Below, piece by piece: positions 15,304 through 25,439 of a stretch of DNA of 25,439 bases (positions are counted from its first letter, which is position 1; every line of letters begins with the position of its first letter). A model generated the notes under the pieces. It was not told the DNA's origin. It was given only the letters and a program-made list of their open reading frames with translations, and searched no databases. The DNA comes from an uncultured Propionivibrio sp. GTDB taxonomy: Bacteria > Pseudomonadota > Gammaproteobacteria > Burkholderiales > Rhodocyclaceae. Where the stretch lies: NCBI GenBank assembly GCA_964521935.1, contig CAZFSH010000005.1:1-25439 (forward strand). Direction: 5' to 3'. The translations under genes and the position numbers were made by a program.

Positions 15304-15954
15304 TTACATCGTGGTGCCGATAACTTCGATATCAACGCGGCGATCTGGTTGCAGGCAGTCGATAACTTTCTTGCTCTTGGCTCCTTTGCACTGATCGGCC
15401 TTGGTTACAGGCTGCTTCTCGCCTTTGCCTTCGGCATACACACGGTTAGCTTCAACACCTTTGCTCACCAAAAATGCCTTGACAGCAGCAGCACGTTTTT
15501 CAGAGAGCTTCTGGTTGTACGCATCTGAGCCCAAGCGATCAGCATGGCCAACAGCAATGATCACTTCCAATTTCATGTTCTTGAGGTCAGTGACCAGTTT
15601 GGTCAGTTTTTCTTGACCTTCGGGACGCAGGTTGGCTTTATTGAAGTCAAACAAGGCATCAGCCGAAAGTGTTACCTTTTTACCAGCGGGCTTGGGAGTA
15701 GCTACCGGAGCAGCAGCTTTAGCAGGTTCATCCTTTTTGACGAGATCGGGATCACACTCGGCAATTGCCATAGCGGGCGTCCAGTAACCGGTGCGCCAGC
15801 ACAGGCCGGTACCGCTCTTGGCGACATATCCACGCTGATCAATGACGTAGCCAACAGTTCCTTTCAGATCAATGCCAGCGGTCTGAGCTTGTGCAGTAAT
15901 GGCGGTACCCAACAGGGTAGCGAGAAGAAGTGAGGTTTTGATCGATACTTTCAT
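15304..15954 (-). CDS. ompA: Betaproteobacterial OmpA-family protein
   Basis: Signal peptide MKVSIKTSLLLA...AQA, CWRTGYWTP, ADALFDF, GHADRLGSDAYNQKLSEKRA, DRRVDIEV; AAGGA SD upstream of ATG 15954. Confidence 0.92.
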   Translation of the reverse strand: MKVSIKTSLLLATLLGTAITAQAQTAGIDLKGTVGYVIDQRGYVAKSGTGLCWRTGYWTPAMAIAECDPDLVKKDEPAKAAAPVATPKPAGKKVTLSADALFDFNKANLRPEGQEKLTKLVTDLKNMKLEVIIAVGHADRLGSDAYNQKLSEKRAAAVKAFLVSKGVEANRVYAEGKGEKQPVTKADQCKGAKSKKVIDCLQPDRRVDIEVIGTTM

Positions 15955-16007
15955 TTGGAGGTTCCTTGACAGCGAAGATAAACAATGGAGTAGAGCATGG
16001 GAAGATT

Positions 16008-17372
16008 CTAACGGGAATTTATTGATGTCGGGGATGCATTTTGTGTTAAACGGCTGCGCCATTCGGCAGTTTTTGCCTTCAGCGTTAATAAATCCGTATA
16101 CGTGGGTATTCCGTGCTGTTGCAACAATTTACCCTGTACCCAAGTGTGGGTAACTTGCTCGCGCCCACAGACGTGAACCAAGTGGGAGGTGGGATCAAAG
16201 CAGGGCTGAGTACTCCAATCATCCAAGGTGACGGCGATGAAGTCGGCCGATTTCCCCGGTTCAAGGCTGCCAATGTGCTGATCTAACCCTAACGCCGTGG
16301 CGCCCCCCAGGGTTCCGGCATACAGGGCTTGGTGTGCATTAAAAACACCTGCATCTCCCGTTTTTGCTTTCGCCAACAGGGCAGCCTGGCGCATTTCTTG
16401 CCATATATCCAAACGGTTATTTGATGCGGCACCATCTGTGCCCAGGCCAAAGCTTATGCCATGACTCAGCCACTTTGCTGAATCGGCTATGCCACTCCCC
16501 AATTTGAGGTTGGAGGTAGGGCAGTGGGCAATGTTGGTTTTCGTGGCCGCGAGCAGTTCAATTTCTGCGTCATCAAGATGGACGGCGTGAGCGATGATTG
16601 TGCGCTTGTCTAAAACGCCGTGCGCATGCAGACGCGCCAGTGGTCTGGTACCGTAGCGTGCTTGATCACCGGCAATTTCAGCGGTCGTTTCGTGCGCGTG
16701 AATGTGCAGGGGAATGGCCAGATCAAAGGCCTGTTCCCTTGCTGCGTCGAGACTGTTGTCTGAAACGGTGTAAGGTGCGTGGGGGGCTAGGCAGAAACTG
16801 AGGCGTGACTCAGTGCGGTAACGTGCGTGTAACGATGCGCCCTTTTCGAGATAGTCTTGCAAGTTATTTGCATAGCGGGTGGGAAAGTCGATGACCACCA
16901 TGCCAAGCGCCGCGCGCATCCCCGTTTCAAGCACGGCTTGAGCGGTGGCCTCTGGATAGAAATACATATCGTTAAAGCAGGTGATACCGCCGCGAATCAT
17001 TTCGAGGCAGGCTAATAAGCTACCAATATGCACAAAGTCAGGGCCAACAAAGGCTTGTTCGGTTGGCCAGATTTTCTCTTCGAGCCAGCGCATCAGCGGC
17101 AAGTCATCGGCGAATCCGCGCATCAGTGTCATTGCGGCATGGCAGTGAAGATTTACCAGACCAGGTAATACCACTTCACCAGGTAAAGGCAGATGGGTTT
17201 TAGCGCGATATTTTTTTCGTGCCTGCGATGCGGGTAGCAGGTCAACAATTAGACCTTGGTCGATCAGTAAAGCTTGCTGCTGAAGGATGACGCCTTGCGG
17301 ATTGATCGGAATAAGCCATTCTGGCTCAATCATTAAATCAACGAGGACGGGGGGCGAAGGGGCTTGGGTCAT
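16008..17372 (-). CDS. TRZ/ATZ-family amidohydrolase (MTA/SAH deaminase-like)
   Basis: NLHCH, PHAPYT, HIHAHET, HCPTSNLKLGSG and GTDGAASNN motifs; a common neighbour of gyrA/ubiG. Confidence 0.88.
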   Translation of the reverse strand: MTQAPSPPVLVDLMIEPEWLIPINPQGVILQQQALLIDQGLIVDLLPASQARKKYRAKTHLPLPGEVVLPGLVNLHCHAAMTLMRGFADDLPLMRWLEEKIWPTEQAFVGPDFVHIGSLLACLEMIRGGITCFNDMYFYPEATAQAVLETGMRAALGMVVIDFPTRYANNLQDYLEKGASLHARYRTESRLSFCLAPHAPYTVSDNSLDAAREQAFDLAIPLHIHAHETTAEIAGDQARYGTRPLARLHAHGVLDKRTIIAHAVHLDDAEIELLAATKTNIAHCPTSNLKLGSGIADSAKWLSHGISFGLGTDGAASNNRLDIWQEMRQAALLAKAKTGDAGVFNAHQALYAGTLGGATALGLDQHIGSLEPGKSADFIAVTLDDWSTQPCFDPTSHLVHVCGREQVTHTWVQGKLLQQHGIPTYTDLLTLKAKTAEWRSRLTQNASPTSINSR

Positions 17373-17609
17373 CAAATTGGCTCAGTAATTGATTTCTCGA
17401 CTAGTGTTTCGGCGCCCTAATTACTAGCCAAATAGCCCTGCTTTCCTGCCTTTGCAGCGCTTGTTAGCGAGGCAAGTCGAGTGTCTGACGCATGTTAGAC
17501 TACAAAATTCTGGTGCAAGCAGGGTGCTACGCGGTTGCTTGCATTGTTAATTGCTTAATTCATTATGCAAATGTCGGCTTTTTGCCCGATTTTGCCGACC
17601 TAGCCTGAC

Positions 17610-20240
17610 ATGACCTCATTCGCTAAAGAAACGCTCCCGATCAGCCTGGAAGAGGAGATGCGTCACTCGTACCTGGATTACGCCATGAGCGTGATTGTAG
17701 GACGAGCGCTGCCTGATGTACGCGATGGACTCAAGCCCGTGCATCGGCGAGTCCTCTTTGCCATGCACGAATTGGGTAACGACTGGAATAAAGCCTACAA
17801 AAAATCAGCGCGTATTGTCGGTGACGTGATCGGTAAATATCACCCGCATGGCGATACCGCCGTATATGACACGATTGTCCGTATGGCGCAGGACTTCTCA
17901 CTGCGTTACATGCTGGTTGATGGGCAGGGTAACTTCGGTTCGGTCGATGGTGATAACGCTGCGGCAATGCGATATACCGAGGTGCGCATGGCGCGCATTG
18001 GTCACGAACTCCTTGCCGATATCGACAAGGAAACCTGCGATTTTGGCCCTAACTACGACGGTTCTGAGCAAGAGCCGCTCATCATGCCGGCGCGTATTCC
18101 CAACCTGCTGATTAATGGCTCGTCGGGTATTGCCGTGGGTATGGCGACCAATATTCCCCCGCACAATTTGAATGAAGTGATCGATGGCTGTTTGACCTTG
18201 CTTAACGCGCCCGAAACGACCATCGAAGAGCTGATTGAAATTATTCCGGCGCCAGATTTTCCGACTGCCGCCTTGATTTATGGCACTTCAGGGGTTCGCG
18301 ATGGCTACCTGACCGGCCGTGGGCGCGTCATCATGCGGGCTCGCACGCATATTGAAGACATTGCACGTAGTAATAACCGTCAGGCAATCATCGTCGACGA
18401 ACTGCCTTATCAGGTCAACAAGAAGACCTTGCAGGAAAAAATTGCTGAACTGGTGCGTGACAAGAAGATTGATGGCATTGCGCATATTCAGGATGAGTCC
18501 GATAAGTCCGGTATGCGTTTGGTGATCGAGCTGAAAACGGGTGAAGTTCCTGAAGTCGTGCTTAATCACCTCTATAAACAGACGCAGCTGCAAGATACCT
18601 TTGGTATGAACATGGTGGCGCTGGTTGATGGCCGTCCAAAGCTGCTCAACTTGAAGGAAATGCTCGACTGCTTCTTGGCGCACCGCCGTGAAGTGATTAC
18701 CCGCCGCACGGTGTTTGAGTTGCGCAAGGCGCGGGATCGTGGGCATATTCTTGAAGGCTTGGCGGTTGCGCTGTCGAATGTTGACGAGATCATCGCTCTG
18801 ATCAAAGCCGCGCCAACGCCTGCTGATGCCAAACGTGGCTTGATGGGCCGTACCTGGCGCTCACCGCTGGTCGAAGAAATGCTCAATCGTGCCAGCGCCG
18901 ACAGTTCGCGTCCTGCCGGTTTGGCGCCCGATTTTGGCATGTCCAGCCAAGGCTATTTGCTCTCAGATGTGCAAGCGCAAGCCATTCTTGAGCTACGCTT
19001 GCAGCGCCTGACCGGCCTGGAGCAAGACAAAATCGTTGCCGAATACAAGGAAGTCATGGCGCAGATCGCTGACTTGCTCGATATTCTGGCTCGCCCGGAG
19101 CGCGTGACGGCCATCATCGGCGAAGAGTTGTCGGCCATCAAAGCCCAATACGGCGATGCACGCCGCTCGGAAATCGTTCTCAACACCACCGACATCAATA
19201 TTGAAGACCTGATTGCCCGTGAAGACATGGTAGTGACGTTGTCGCACACTGGCTATATCAAGCGGCAACCTTTGGCTGACTATCGGGCACAACGCCGTGG
19301 TGGCCGCGGCAAGCAGGCGGCTCAGATCAAAGATGATGATTTTGTCGATCGCTTGTTTGTGGCCAATACCCACGATTACATTTTGTGTTTCTCCAGCCGC
19401 GGTCGTGTCTATTGGTTGAAAGTTTACGAGGCGCCGGAAGGCACACGGACCTCACGCGGTAAGCCAATTGTTAACCTCTTCCCATTGGAAGAGGGCGAGA
19501 AGATCACCGCCATTTTGCCCACCGCTACCTTTGATGAAGAGCATTTCATCTTCATGGCGACAGCCATGGGAACGGTGAAAAAGACGGCACTAACGGCATT
19601 TGCCAACCCGCGCAAGGCCGGCATCATTGCCGTTGGCTTGGACGAAGGCGACCATCTGATTGGCGTGGCGATTACCAACGGCAAGTGTGACGTGATGTTG
19701 TTCTCCGACTCGGGTAAAGCTGTGCGCTTTGACGAGGACGATGTGCGCCCGATGGGCCGCGAAGCCAGAGGTGTACGCGGCATGATGCTTGAAGATGGCC
19801 AGCGCGTTATTTCCATGCTCGTCGCCGATAGCGAAAACTATTCGGTGCTGACCGCCGTAGAAAATGGTTATGGCAAACGTACCCCCATTGCCGAATATAC
19901 CCGCCACGGCCGTGGTACCAAGGGCATGATCGCTATCCAGACCTCCGAGCGTAATGGCCGTGTGATTGGTGCGGTATTGGCTGGGCAGGGCGATACCCGT
20001 GAGGAAATCATGCTGATTTCTACCGGTGGTGTATTGATCCGTACGCGTGTTGCTGACATTCGTGAAATGAGCCGTTCGACACAAGGTGTGCGTCTGATTA
20101 ATTTGGATGAAGGCACCACGCTGGCGGGTTTGGAAAAAGTCGTCGAGACGGAAGAAGAAGTCTTGAATGACGACGAGATTGATAGCGAAATCAGCCCAGA
20201 CTCATCCGGCGAGGGCTCCGCAGCGGACGGTGAGGCGTGA
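17610..20240 (+). CDS. gyrA: DNA gyrase subunit A
   Basis: [15 protein letters not shown] catalytic Tyr, GyrA-box QRRGGRG, beta-pinwheel repeats, acidic tail. Confidence 0.99.
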   Translation: MTSFAKETLPISLEEEMRHSYLDYAMSVIVGRALPDVRDGLKPVHRRVLFAMHELGNDWNKAYKKSARIVGDVIGKYHPHGDTAVYDTIVRMAQDFSLRYMLVDGQGNFGSVDGDNAAAMRYTEVRMARIGHELLADIDKETCDFGPNYDGSEQEPLIMPARIPNLLINGSSGIAVGMATNIPPHNLNEVIDGCLTLLNAPETTIEELIEIIPAPDFPTAALIYGTSGVRDGYLTGRGRVIMRARTHIEDIARSNNRQAIIVDELPYQVNKKTLQEKIAELVRDKKIDGIAHIQDESDKSGMRLVIELKTGEVPEVVLNHLYKQTQLQDTFGMNMVALVDGRPKLLNLKEMLDCFLAHRREVITRRTVFELRKARDRGHILEGLAVALSNVDEIIALIKAAPTPADAKRGLMGRTWRSPLVEEMLNRASADSSRPAGLAPDFGMSSQGYLLSDVQAQAILELRLQRLTGLEQDKIVAEYKEVMAQIADLLDILARPERVTAIIGEELSAIKAQYGDARRSEIVLNTTDINIEDLIAREDMVVTLSHTGYIKRQPLADYRAQRRGGRGKQAAQIKDDDFVDRLFVANTHDYILCFSSRGRVYWLKVYEAPEGTRTSRGKPIVNLFPLEEGEKITAILPTATFDEEHFIFMATAMGTVKKTALTAFANPRKAGIIAVGLDEGDHLIGVAITNGKCDVMLFSDSGKAVRFDEDDVRPMGREARGVRGMMLEDGQRVISMLVADSENYSVLTAVENGYGKRTPIAEYTRHGRGTKGMIAIQTSERNGRVIGAVLAGQGDTREEIMLISTGGVLIRTRVADIREMSRSTQGVRLINLDEGTTLAGLEKVVETEEEVLNDDEIDSEISPDSSGEGSAADGEA

Positions 20241-20250
20241 AAGTTCACCT

Positions 20251-21342
20251 ATGACGCGCGCCTTTAATTTCAGCGCCGGACCGGCGGCGCTGCCCGAGGA
20301 AGTCTTGCGTCAGGCTGCAGACGAAATGCTTGACTGGCATGGCTCGGGTATGTCGGTGATGGAAATGAGTCACCGGGGTAAAGAGTTCATGAGCATCGCG
20401 GAGGCGGCCGAGCGTGACCTGCGCGAGTTGCTGGCTGTGCCCGCCAACTACAAAATTCTGTTTATGCAGGGCGGGGCGATTGCCGCCAATGCCATTATTC
20501 CGCTGAACTTGTTGGGTGATAAGGATGAAGCCGATTATGTGATTACCGGCTCATGGTCGGCCAAATCGTTCAAGGAAGCCAAGAAGTACTGCACGCCCTA
20601 TATTTCGGGCGGCACGCTCGCGGGTCCCTATGGCGCCGTGCCACAGCAGCTGACTTTTTCCGCTGATCCGGCTTACCTGTTTATTTGCACCAACGAAACC
20701 ATTGACGGGGTCGAATACAACGAATTGCCCGACCTCGCTGCCATGGGGCGCGACGATTTGCCCTTGGTGGCCGATGTGTCCTCGCACATTTTGTCCCGGG
20801 TGATCGATGTGTCGCGTTATGGCCTGATTTTTGGTGGTGCGCAAAAAAATATCGGCCCCGCTGGTTTGACGCTGATGATCGTGCGCGATGATTTGCTTGA
20901 TCGTGCTTTGCCGATATGCCCGTCAGCGTTCGAGTTCAAGACCGTGGCGGCGAATAATTCGATGTACAACACCCCGCCTACCTATGGTATTTACATTGCG
21001 GGCTTGGTGTTTCAATGGCTCAAGCGTCAAGGTGGTCTGGCCGCTATCGAGGCTCAAAACATCGCCAAGGCTGAGCTGCTGTACCAGCGTATTGACGCCA
21101 ATGAGTTTTATGAAAATCGGGTGGAAAAACCCTATCGCTCGCGCATGAACGTACCATTTTTCCTGCGTGACGAGTCCTTGAATGAGGCGTTTTTAGCGGA
21201 CGCCAAAGAGGCTGGTCTACTGCAGCTCAAAGGGCATAAATCGGTGGGTGGTATGCGCGCTTCGATCTACAACGCGATGCCCCTCGCCGGTGTGCAGGCC
21301 TTAGTCGATTACATGACGGAGTTTGAACGCACTCATGGCTAA
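20251..21342 (+). CDS. serC: Phosphoserine aminotransferase
   Basis: [24 protein letters not shown]-lysine, [21 protein letters not shown]; ATG at 20251. Confidence 0.97.
   Translation: MTRAFNFSAGPAALPEEVLRQAADEMLDWHGSGMSVMEMSHRGKEFMSIAEAAERDLRELLAVPANYKILFMQGGAIAANAIIPLNLLGDKDEADYVITGSWSAKSFKEAKKYCTPYISGGTLAGPYGAVPQQLTFSADPAYLFICTNETIDGVEYNELPDLAAMGRDDLPLVADVSSHILSRVIDVSRYGLIFGGAQKNIGPAGLTLMIVRDDLLDRALPICPSAFEFKTVAANNSMYNTPPTYGIYIAGLVFQWLKRQGGLAAIEAQNIAKAELLYQRIDANEFYENRVEKPYRSRMNVPFFLRDESLNEAFLADAKEAGLLQLKGHKSVGGMRASIYNAMPLAGVQALVDYMTEFERTHG
20632..20657 (-). repeat. Dispersed 26-bp motif, copy 5 (AAAGTCAGCTGCTGTGGCACGGCGCC on - strand), inside serC
   Basis: 22/26 identical to copy 2; all 18 invariant positions are conserved. 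Confidence 0.82.
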
Positions 21343-21347
21343 TAATC

Positions 21348-22466
21348 ATGGCTGACAACATCGCGCAACCCACTAAAAACGAGGAAGCGGAGCTGCTGAC
21401 GCTGCGTGATGGCATTGATGCCATTGACAACGAATTATTGCGGCTGATTAACGAACGCGCCAAGCTCGCTCAACGTGTCGGCGAGATCAAGCACGGCAAT
21501 ATTTATCGGCCGGAACGCGAAGCGCAGGTGCTGCGTCGTATCGCTGAGCAGAACCGTGGGCCATTGGCGAATGAGACCGTGCAGCGTATCAGTCGCGAAA
21601 TCATGTCGGCGTGTTTAGCGCTCGAACAGCCGCTGACGGTCGCCTACCTTGGCCCTGCTGGCACGTTTTCCGAGAGTGCGGCGCGCAAGCATTTCGGCAG
21701 TGCGCCGACTTTGTCGCCCTATCCGGCGATTGATGATGTGTTTCGCGCCGTCGAGGCGGGAAATGTCGATTACGCCGTGGTGCCGGTGGAAAACTCTACT
21801 GAAGGGGCAATCGGCCGAACACTGGATTTGTTGCTCGCCTCGCCGGTACAAATTTGCGGCGAAGTGAATTTGCGTGTGCATCAGAATCTTCTCTCGCAAG
21901 CTGCCAGCGTGAGTGAGATAACGACTATTTATGGGCATGCCCAGTCATTGGCGCAGTGTCACGAATGGCTCAATCGCTCCATGCCCGGCATTGCGCGTGT
22001 TGCGGTCGCGAGTAATGCCGAAGGTGCGCGCCTGGCCGCGGAGCAATCTGGTACGGCGGCCATTGCGGGCGAAGCCGCCGCAGCACGTTATGGTCTGGCC
22101 ATTCTTGCCGCCAACATCGAAGACGAGCCAGATAACACCACGCGCTTTCTGATTTTGGGCAAACACGATGCGGGCCCGTCTGGCATCGACAAAACGTCAC
22201 TGGTGTGTTCAGCCCAGAATCGCCCGGGAGCCATGCATGACTTGCTCGCGCCGCTTGCGCTCAATGGTGTATCCATGAGCAAGTTTGAGTCTCGTCCCGC
22301 CCGTTCGGGTAGCGTTAACTTTGGTGCGGGTCGCTGGGAATATGTATTTTTTGTTGATGTCGAAGGGCATCAACGCGATCCTGCCGTGGCAAAAGCCCTC
22401 GCTGAACTCACTGAGCGTGCCGGCTTCGTCAAACTACTTGGCTCATACCCCGCAGCCCCCCTGTAA
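21348..22466 (+). CDS. pheA: Chorismate mutase / prephenate dehydratase (P-protein)
   Basis: LRDGIDAID, YRPERE, YLGPAGTFS, PVENSTEG, NTTRF and ESRP motifs. Confidence 0.96.
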   Translation: MADNIAQPTKNEEAELLTLRDGIDAIDNELLRLINERAKLAQRVGEIKHGNIYRPEREAQVLRRIAEQNRGPLANETVQRISREIMSACLALEQPLTVAYLGPAGTFSESAARKHFGSAPTLSPYPAIDDVFRAVEAGNVDYAVVPVENSTEGAIGRTLDLLLASPVQICGEVNLRVHQNLLSQAASVSEITTIYGHAQSLAQCHEWLNRSMPGIARVAVASNAEGARLAAEQSGTAAIAGEAAAARYGLAILAANIEDEPDNTTRFLILGKHDAGPSGIDKTSLVCSAQNRPGAMHDLLAPLALNGVSMSKFESRPARSGSVNFGAGRWEYVFFVDVEGHQRDPAVAKALAELTERAGFVKLLGSYPAAPL

Positions 22467-22476
22467 GACTGTTGCT

Positions 22477-23580
22477 ATGACATTGATTGATCAGGTTGCC
22501 GAGCACATTCGTGCCATATCCCCCTATATACCGGGAAAGCCCATTACCCAGCTGGCTCGTGAGTTGAACTTGGAGCCAGCGACCATCGTCAAGCTGGCAT
22601 CAAACGAAAATCCTTTGGGCATGAGTCCACTGGCTAAAGCGGCTGTGCAGCAGGCCATTGATGGCTTGGAGCGTTATCCGGATCAATTCGAACTCATCAG
22701 CAAGTTGGCCGAACGTTTCGGTGTGGCCTCCGCGCAGATTGTTCTGGGCAATGGTTCGAACGATGTGCTGGATTTAGCTGCGCGGGTTTTCCTGGATTCC
22801 GGCAAGGCGTCGCTTTTCTCTCAGTATGCCTTCGCGGTTTACCCGATTGCCACCATGTCTGCCGGGGGGCGTTGTATCGAAGTGCCGGCCAAACATTTTG
22901 GTCATGATCTCGACGCCATGTTGGCGGCGATTACGCCCGATACCGGCTTGATCTGGCTGGCGAATCCCAACAATCCAACAGGCACTTTCCTCCCTTACGA
23001 TGCCGTGCGCGCCTTCCTTGCCAAGGTACCTGCACACATTGCGGTGGTCTTGGATGAGGCCTATAACGAATATCTGGCACCGAATGATCGCGTCGATACC
23101 GCGGCCTGGGTCAGCGATTTCCCCAACCTGATCGTGACCCGTAGTTTTTCCAAAGTGTACGGGCTTGCCGGTTTACGTATTGGCTATGCCATTGCGTCGA
23201 CCGAGGTAGCGGATTTGCTGAATCGCGTACGTCAGCCATTCAATGTCAATAATTTGGCATTGGCGGCGGCCAGCGCCGCACTCGATGACCATGTCTTTAT
23301 TGCGGAAACCTATGCGCTGAATCGCCAAGGGATGGCTCAACTGGTTGCTGGCTTTAAAGCGCTTGGGCTTGGCCACATTCCTTCCCATGGCAATTTTGTG
23401 ACCGTTGCCGTGCCGGATGGTATGACGGGTGCTGAGATCAATATGCGTCTGCTTAAACAAGGCGTGATCGTGCGCCCGATTGGTGGTTACGGATTGCCGA
23501 ACCACTTGCGCGTCACCATTGGCTTAGCCAAGGAAAATCAGCGCCTTCTTGATGCGCTGGCTGTGGCCATCAAGAGCTGA
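22477..23580 (+). CDS. hisC: Histidinol-phosphate / aromatic aminotransferase
   Basis: YIPGKP, KLASNENP, NPNNPTG, DEAY, RSFSKVYGLAGLRIG; ATG at 22477. Confidence 0.93.
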   Translation: MTLIDQVAEHIRAISPYIPGKPITQLARELNLEPATIVKLASNENPLGMSPLAKAAVQQAIDGLERYPDQFELISKLAERFGVASAQIVLGNGSNDVLDLAARVFLDSGKASLFSQYAFAVYPIATMSAGGRCIEVPAKHFGHDLDAMLAAITPDTGLIWLANPNNPTGTFLPYDAVRAFLAKVPAHIAVVLDEAYNEYLAPNDRVDTAAWVSDFPNLIVTRSFSKVYGLAGLRIGYAIASTEVADLLNRVRQPFNVNNLALAAASAALDDHVFIAETYALNRQGMAQLVAGFKALGLGHIPSHGNFVTVAVPDGMTGAEINMRLLKQGVIVRPIGGYGLPNHLRVTIGLAKENQRLLDALAVAIKS

Positions 23581-23587
23581 GTTTTTC

Positions 23588-24463
23588 GTGGTTGATTTCG
23601 TGTTTCAGCGCGTGGTGATTTGCGGCGTAGGGCTTATTGGCGGCTCATTCGCGCTGGCCTTGCGCAAGGCGGGTGTCGTCAAGGAAATTGTTGGCATGGG
23701 TAGAACTCGCGCGCCGCTTGAGTGGGCGAGGGACGCCGGCGTCATCGATACGGTCGCGACCGAATGGCGCGAAGCCTTGGCCGGTGCTGATCTCGTGCTG
23801 CTCGGGATGCCGGTAGGGCAAATGCCCGCCGTGATGCAAGCCCTGGTCGCGCATTTGGAGCCGGGTACAGTGGTTACTGATGCCGGCAGTACGAAAACGG
23901 ATGTCGTGGCGGCGGCACGTGCGGCGTTTGGTGCGCGGATTGGTCAGTTTGTCCCCGGACACCCGATTGCCGGGGCGGAAAAAAGTGGTGTTGAGGCGGC
24001 CCATGCCGAGTTGTATCACGGCCGGCGTGTGGTGCTGGCCCCCTTGCCGGAAAACTCCGCCGAGCAGGTAGCCTGTGTTCGTCGTGCCTGGGAAGCCTGT
24101 GGGACTACGGTCTCTGAACTCAGTGCGACAGAGCATGACCAAGTTTTTGCGGCCGTTAGTCATTTGCCGCATTTGCTGGCGTTTTCCTTGGTGCATGAAT
24201 TCCTTAATCGCCCGAATGCTGACCAATTGTTTGGCTTTGCGGCGAGTGGCTTTCGCGATTTCACACGCATTGCCAGCAGTCACCCGGAAATGTGGCGAGA
24301 TATTTGTCTGGCCAATCGCACAGCCTTGCTCGGCGAACTGGATGCCTACCTTGCCGAGCTGATGCGTGCGCGCTTGCTGCTCGCACGTGCCGACGGCCCC
24401 GGGCTGGAAGCGATGTTCGCAAATGCCCGCGAGCGTCGGGATGCCTGGCTGCAAACCCTCTAG
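23588..24463 (+). CDS. tyrA: Prephenate/arogenate dehydrogenase
   Basis: GVGLIGGS, TDAGSTK, GHPIAGAEKSG, HD...SHLPH, GFRDFTRIASS; GTG start at 23588 or 23600. Confidence 0.92.
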   Translation: MVDFVFQRVVICGVGLIGGSFALALRKAGVVKEIVGMGRTRAPLEWARDAGVIDTVATEWREALAGADLVLLGMPVGQMPAVMQALVAHLEPGTVVTDAGSTKTDVVAAARAAFGARIGQFVPGHPIAGAEKSGVEAAHAELYHGRRVVLAPLPENSAEQVACVRRAWEACGTTVSELSATEHDQVFAAVSHLPHLLAFSLVHEFLNRPNADQLFGFAASGFRDFTRIASSHPEMWRDICLANRTALLGELDAYLAELMRARLLLARADGPGLEAMFANARERRDAWLQTL

Positions 24464-24484
24464 TAATTTATTCATAGGTTGATC

Positions 24485-25439
24485 ATGGACGCACTGACGC
24501 TGCCACCGCTGCATTCTGCTAATGGCGTCGTTCGCCTGCCGGGTTCGAAGAGCATTTCCAATCGTATGCTCCTGCTCGCCGCTTTATCCCAAGGCGAAAC
24601 TGAGATCCGCGACTTGCTTGATTCGGATGACACACGCGTGATGCTCGCTGCGCTTCGCCAGTTGGGCGTCGTGATTGAAGATTGTGGTGCGCAATCCGTT
24701 CGCGTTTCCGGTTGTGCCGGCAAGTTCCCAGAGAAGCAGGCGGACTTGTTCATGGGCAATGCCGGTACCGCGATTCGACCGCTCACGGCGGCGCTGGCGC
24801 TTTCTGGCGGCTCCTACCGGTTGTCTGGCGTTCCGCGGATGCACGAACGGCCGATTGGTGACCTCGTCGATGGCTTGCGCCAGTTGGGCGCCGACATCAC
24901 GTATAGCGGCAGCGAAGGCTTTCCGCCGCTGGCCATTGCCTCGGCAAATATCACTGTGCCTGAAATCATACGGGTGCGCGGTGATGTGTCGTCACAGTTT
25001 TTGACCGCGTTGTTGATGGCCTTGCCCTTGTGTGGCCAGACGGCTGTGATTGAACTGACGACCGAGTTGATTTCCAAACCCTACATCGAGATTACGCTCA
25101 ACCTGATGGCGCGCTTTGGCGTAGTTGTTGAGCGTCAGGAGTGGTCGCGGTTCAGTATTCCGGGTGATCAGCACTATCGCAGCCCCGGCGTGGTTCACGT
25201 AGAGGGTGATGCCTCGTCAGCCTCCTATTTTCTCGCGGCGGGCGCCATTGGCGGTGGGCCGGTACGTGTTGAGGGCGTTGGCAAAGCTAGTATTCAAGGC
25301 GATGTGCGTTTTTCTGATGCGCTGGAAACGATGGGCGCGCAGATCACTTACGGCGATAACTGGATCGAAGCCAGCGCACCGCCCAGTGGACGTCTGAAAG
25401 CCTTTGATCTTGACCTGAATCACATCCCCGACGCGGCCA
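24485..25439 (+). CDS. aroA: EPSP synthase, 3' end outside the window
   Basis: Not in the ORF track because it has no stop in the window. Hand translation gives MDALTLPPL...[10 protein letters not shown]...GNAGT...RMHERP...SSQF...[11 protein letters not shown]...DLNHIPDAA. Confidence 0.96.
   Translation, partial: MDALTLPPLHSANGVVRLPGSKSISNRMLLLAALSQGETEIRDLLDSDDTRVMLAALRQLGVVIEDCGAQSVRVSGCAGKFPEKQADLFMGNAGTAIRPLTAALALSGGSYRLSGVPRMHERPIGDLVDGLRQLGADITYSGSEGFPPLAIASANITVPEIIRVRGDVSSQFLTALLMALPLCGQTAVIELTTELISKPYIEITLNLMARFGVVVERQEWSRFSIPGDQHYRSPGVVHVEGDASSASYFLAAGAIGGGPVRVEGVGKASIQGDVRFSDALETMGAQITYGDNWIEASAPPSGRLKAFDLDLNHIPDAA

Noticed and set aside
17539-17599. AT-rich TTGCAT...ATGCAA inverted repeat and a GTCGGC/GCCGAC hairpin upstream of gyrA
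   Set aside because: Short and imperfect; consistent with an ordinary promoter region.
17850-17870. GyrA QRDR has Thr (HGDTAVYD) instead of Ser83
   Set aside because: Thr is the natural residue in many Beta- and Gammaproteobacteria; not evidence of acquired resistance.

Overview
A chromosomal window from a betaproteobacterium, probably Rhodocyclales (inferred from the permuted tmRNA and the gene order). The left half is accessory/signalling: a partial NAD-reducing hydrogenase hoxF, an orphan cheR-cheB pair, an HD-domain protein, a DUF465-DUF2189-YhhN operon, a Ser/Thr kinase-HDOD-GAF protein, and a kinase-response regulator-GGDEF-CBS cluster. The middle holds tRNA-Thr(UGU) and a circularly permuted two-piece tmRNA gene (tag ANDERFALAA). 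The right half is core: ubiG, ompA, a TRZ/ATZ amidohydrolase, gyrA-serC-pheA-hisC-tyrA-aroA. The main unexplained signal is a 26-bp non-palindromic motif (consensus AAAGTCAGYYGCTGTGRSACGGCGCA). It occurs five times, about every 4-6.5 kb, in both orientations, both between genes and inside three genes in three different reading frames. That behaviour resembles a DNA-uptake-sequence-like or chromosome-wide protein-binding signal, and I do not recognise it as a described element. Also notable: an FNR-type box centred at exactly -41.5 on an apparently leaderless hoxF, and leaderless promoter geometry on four operon-leading genes. All alignments and coordinates were done by eye; no database searches were run.
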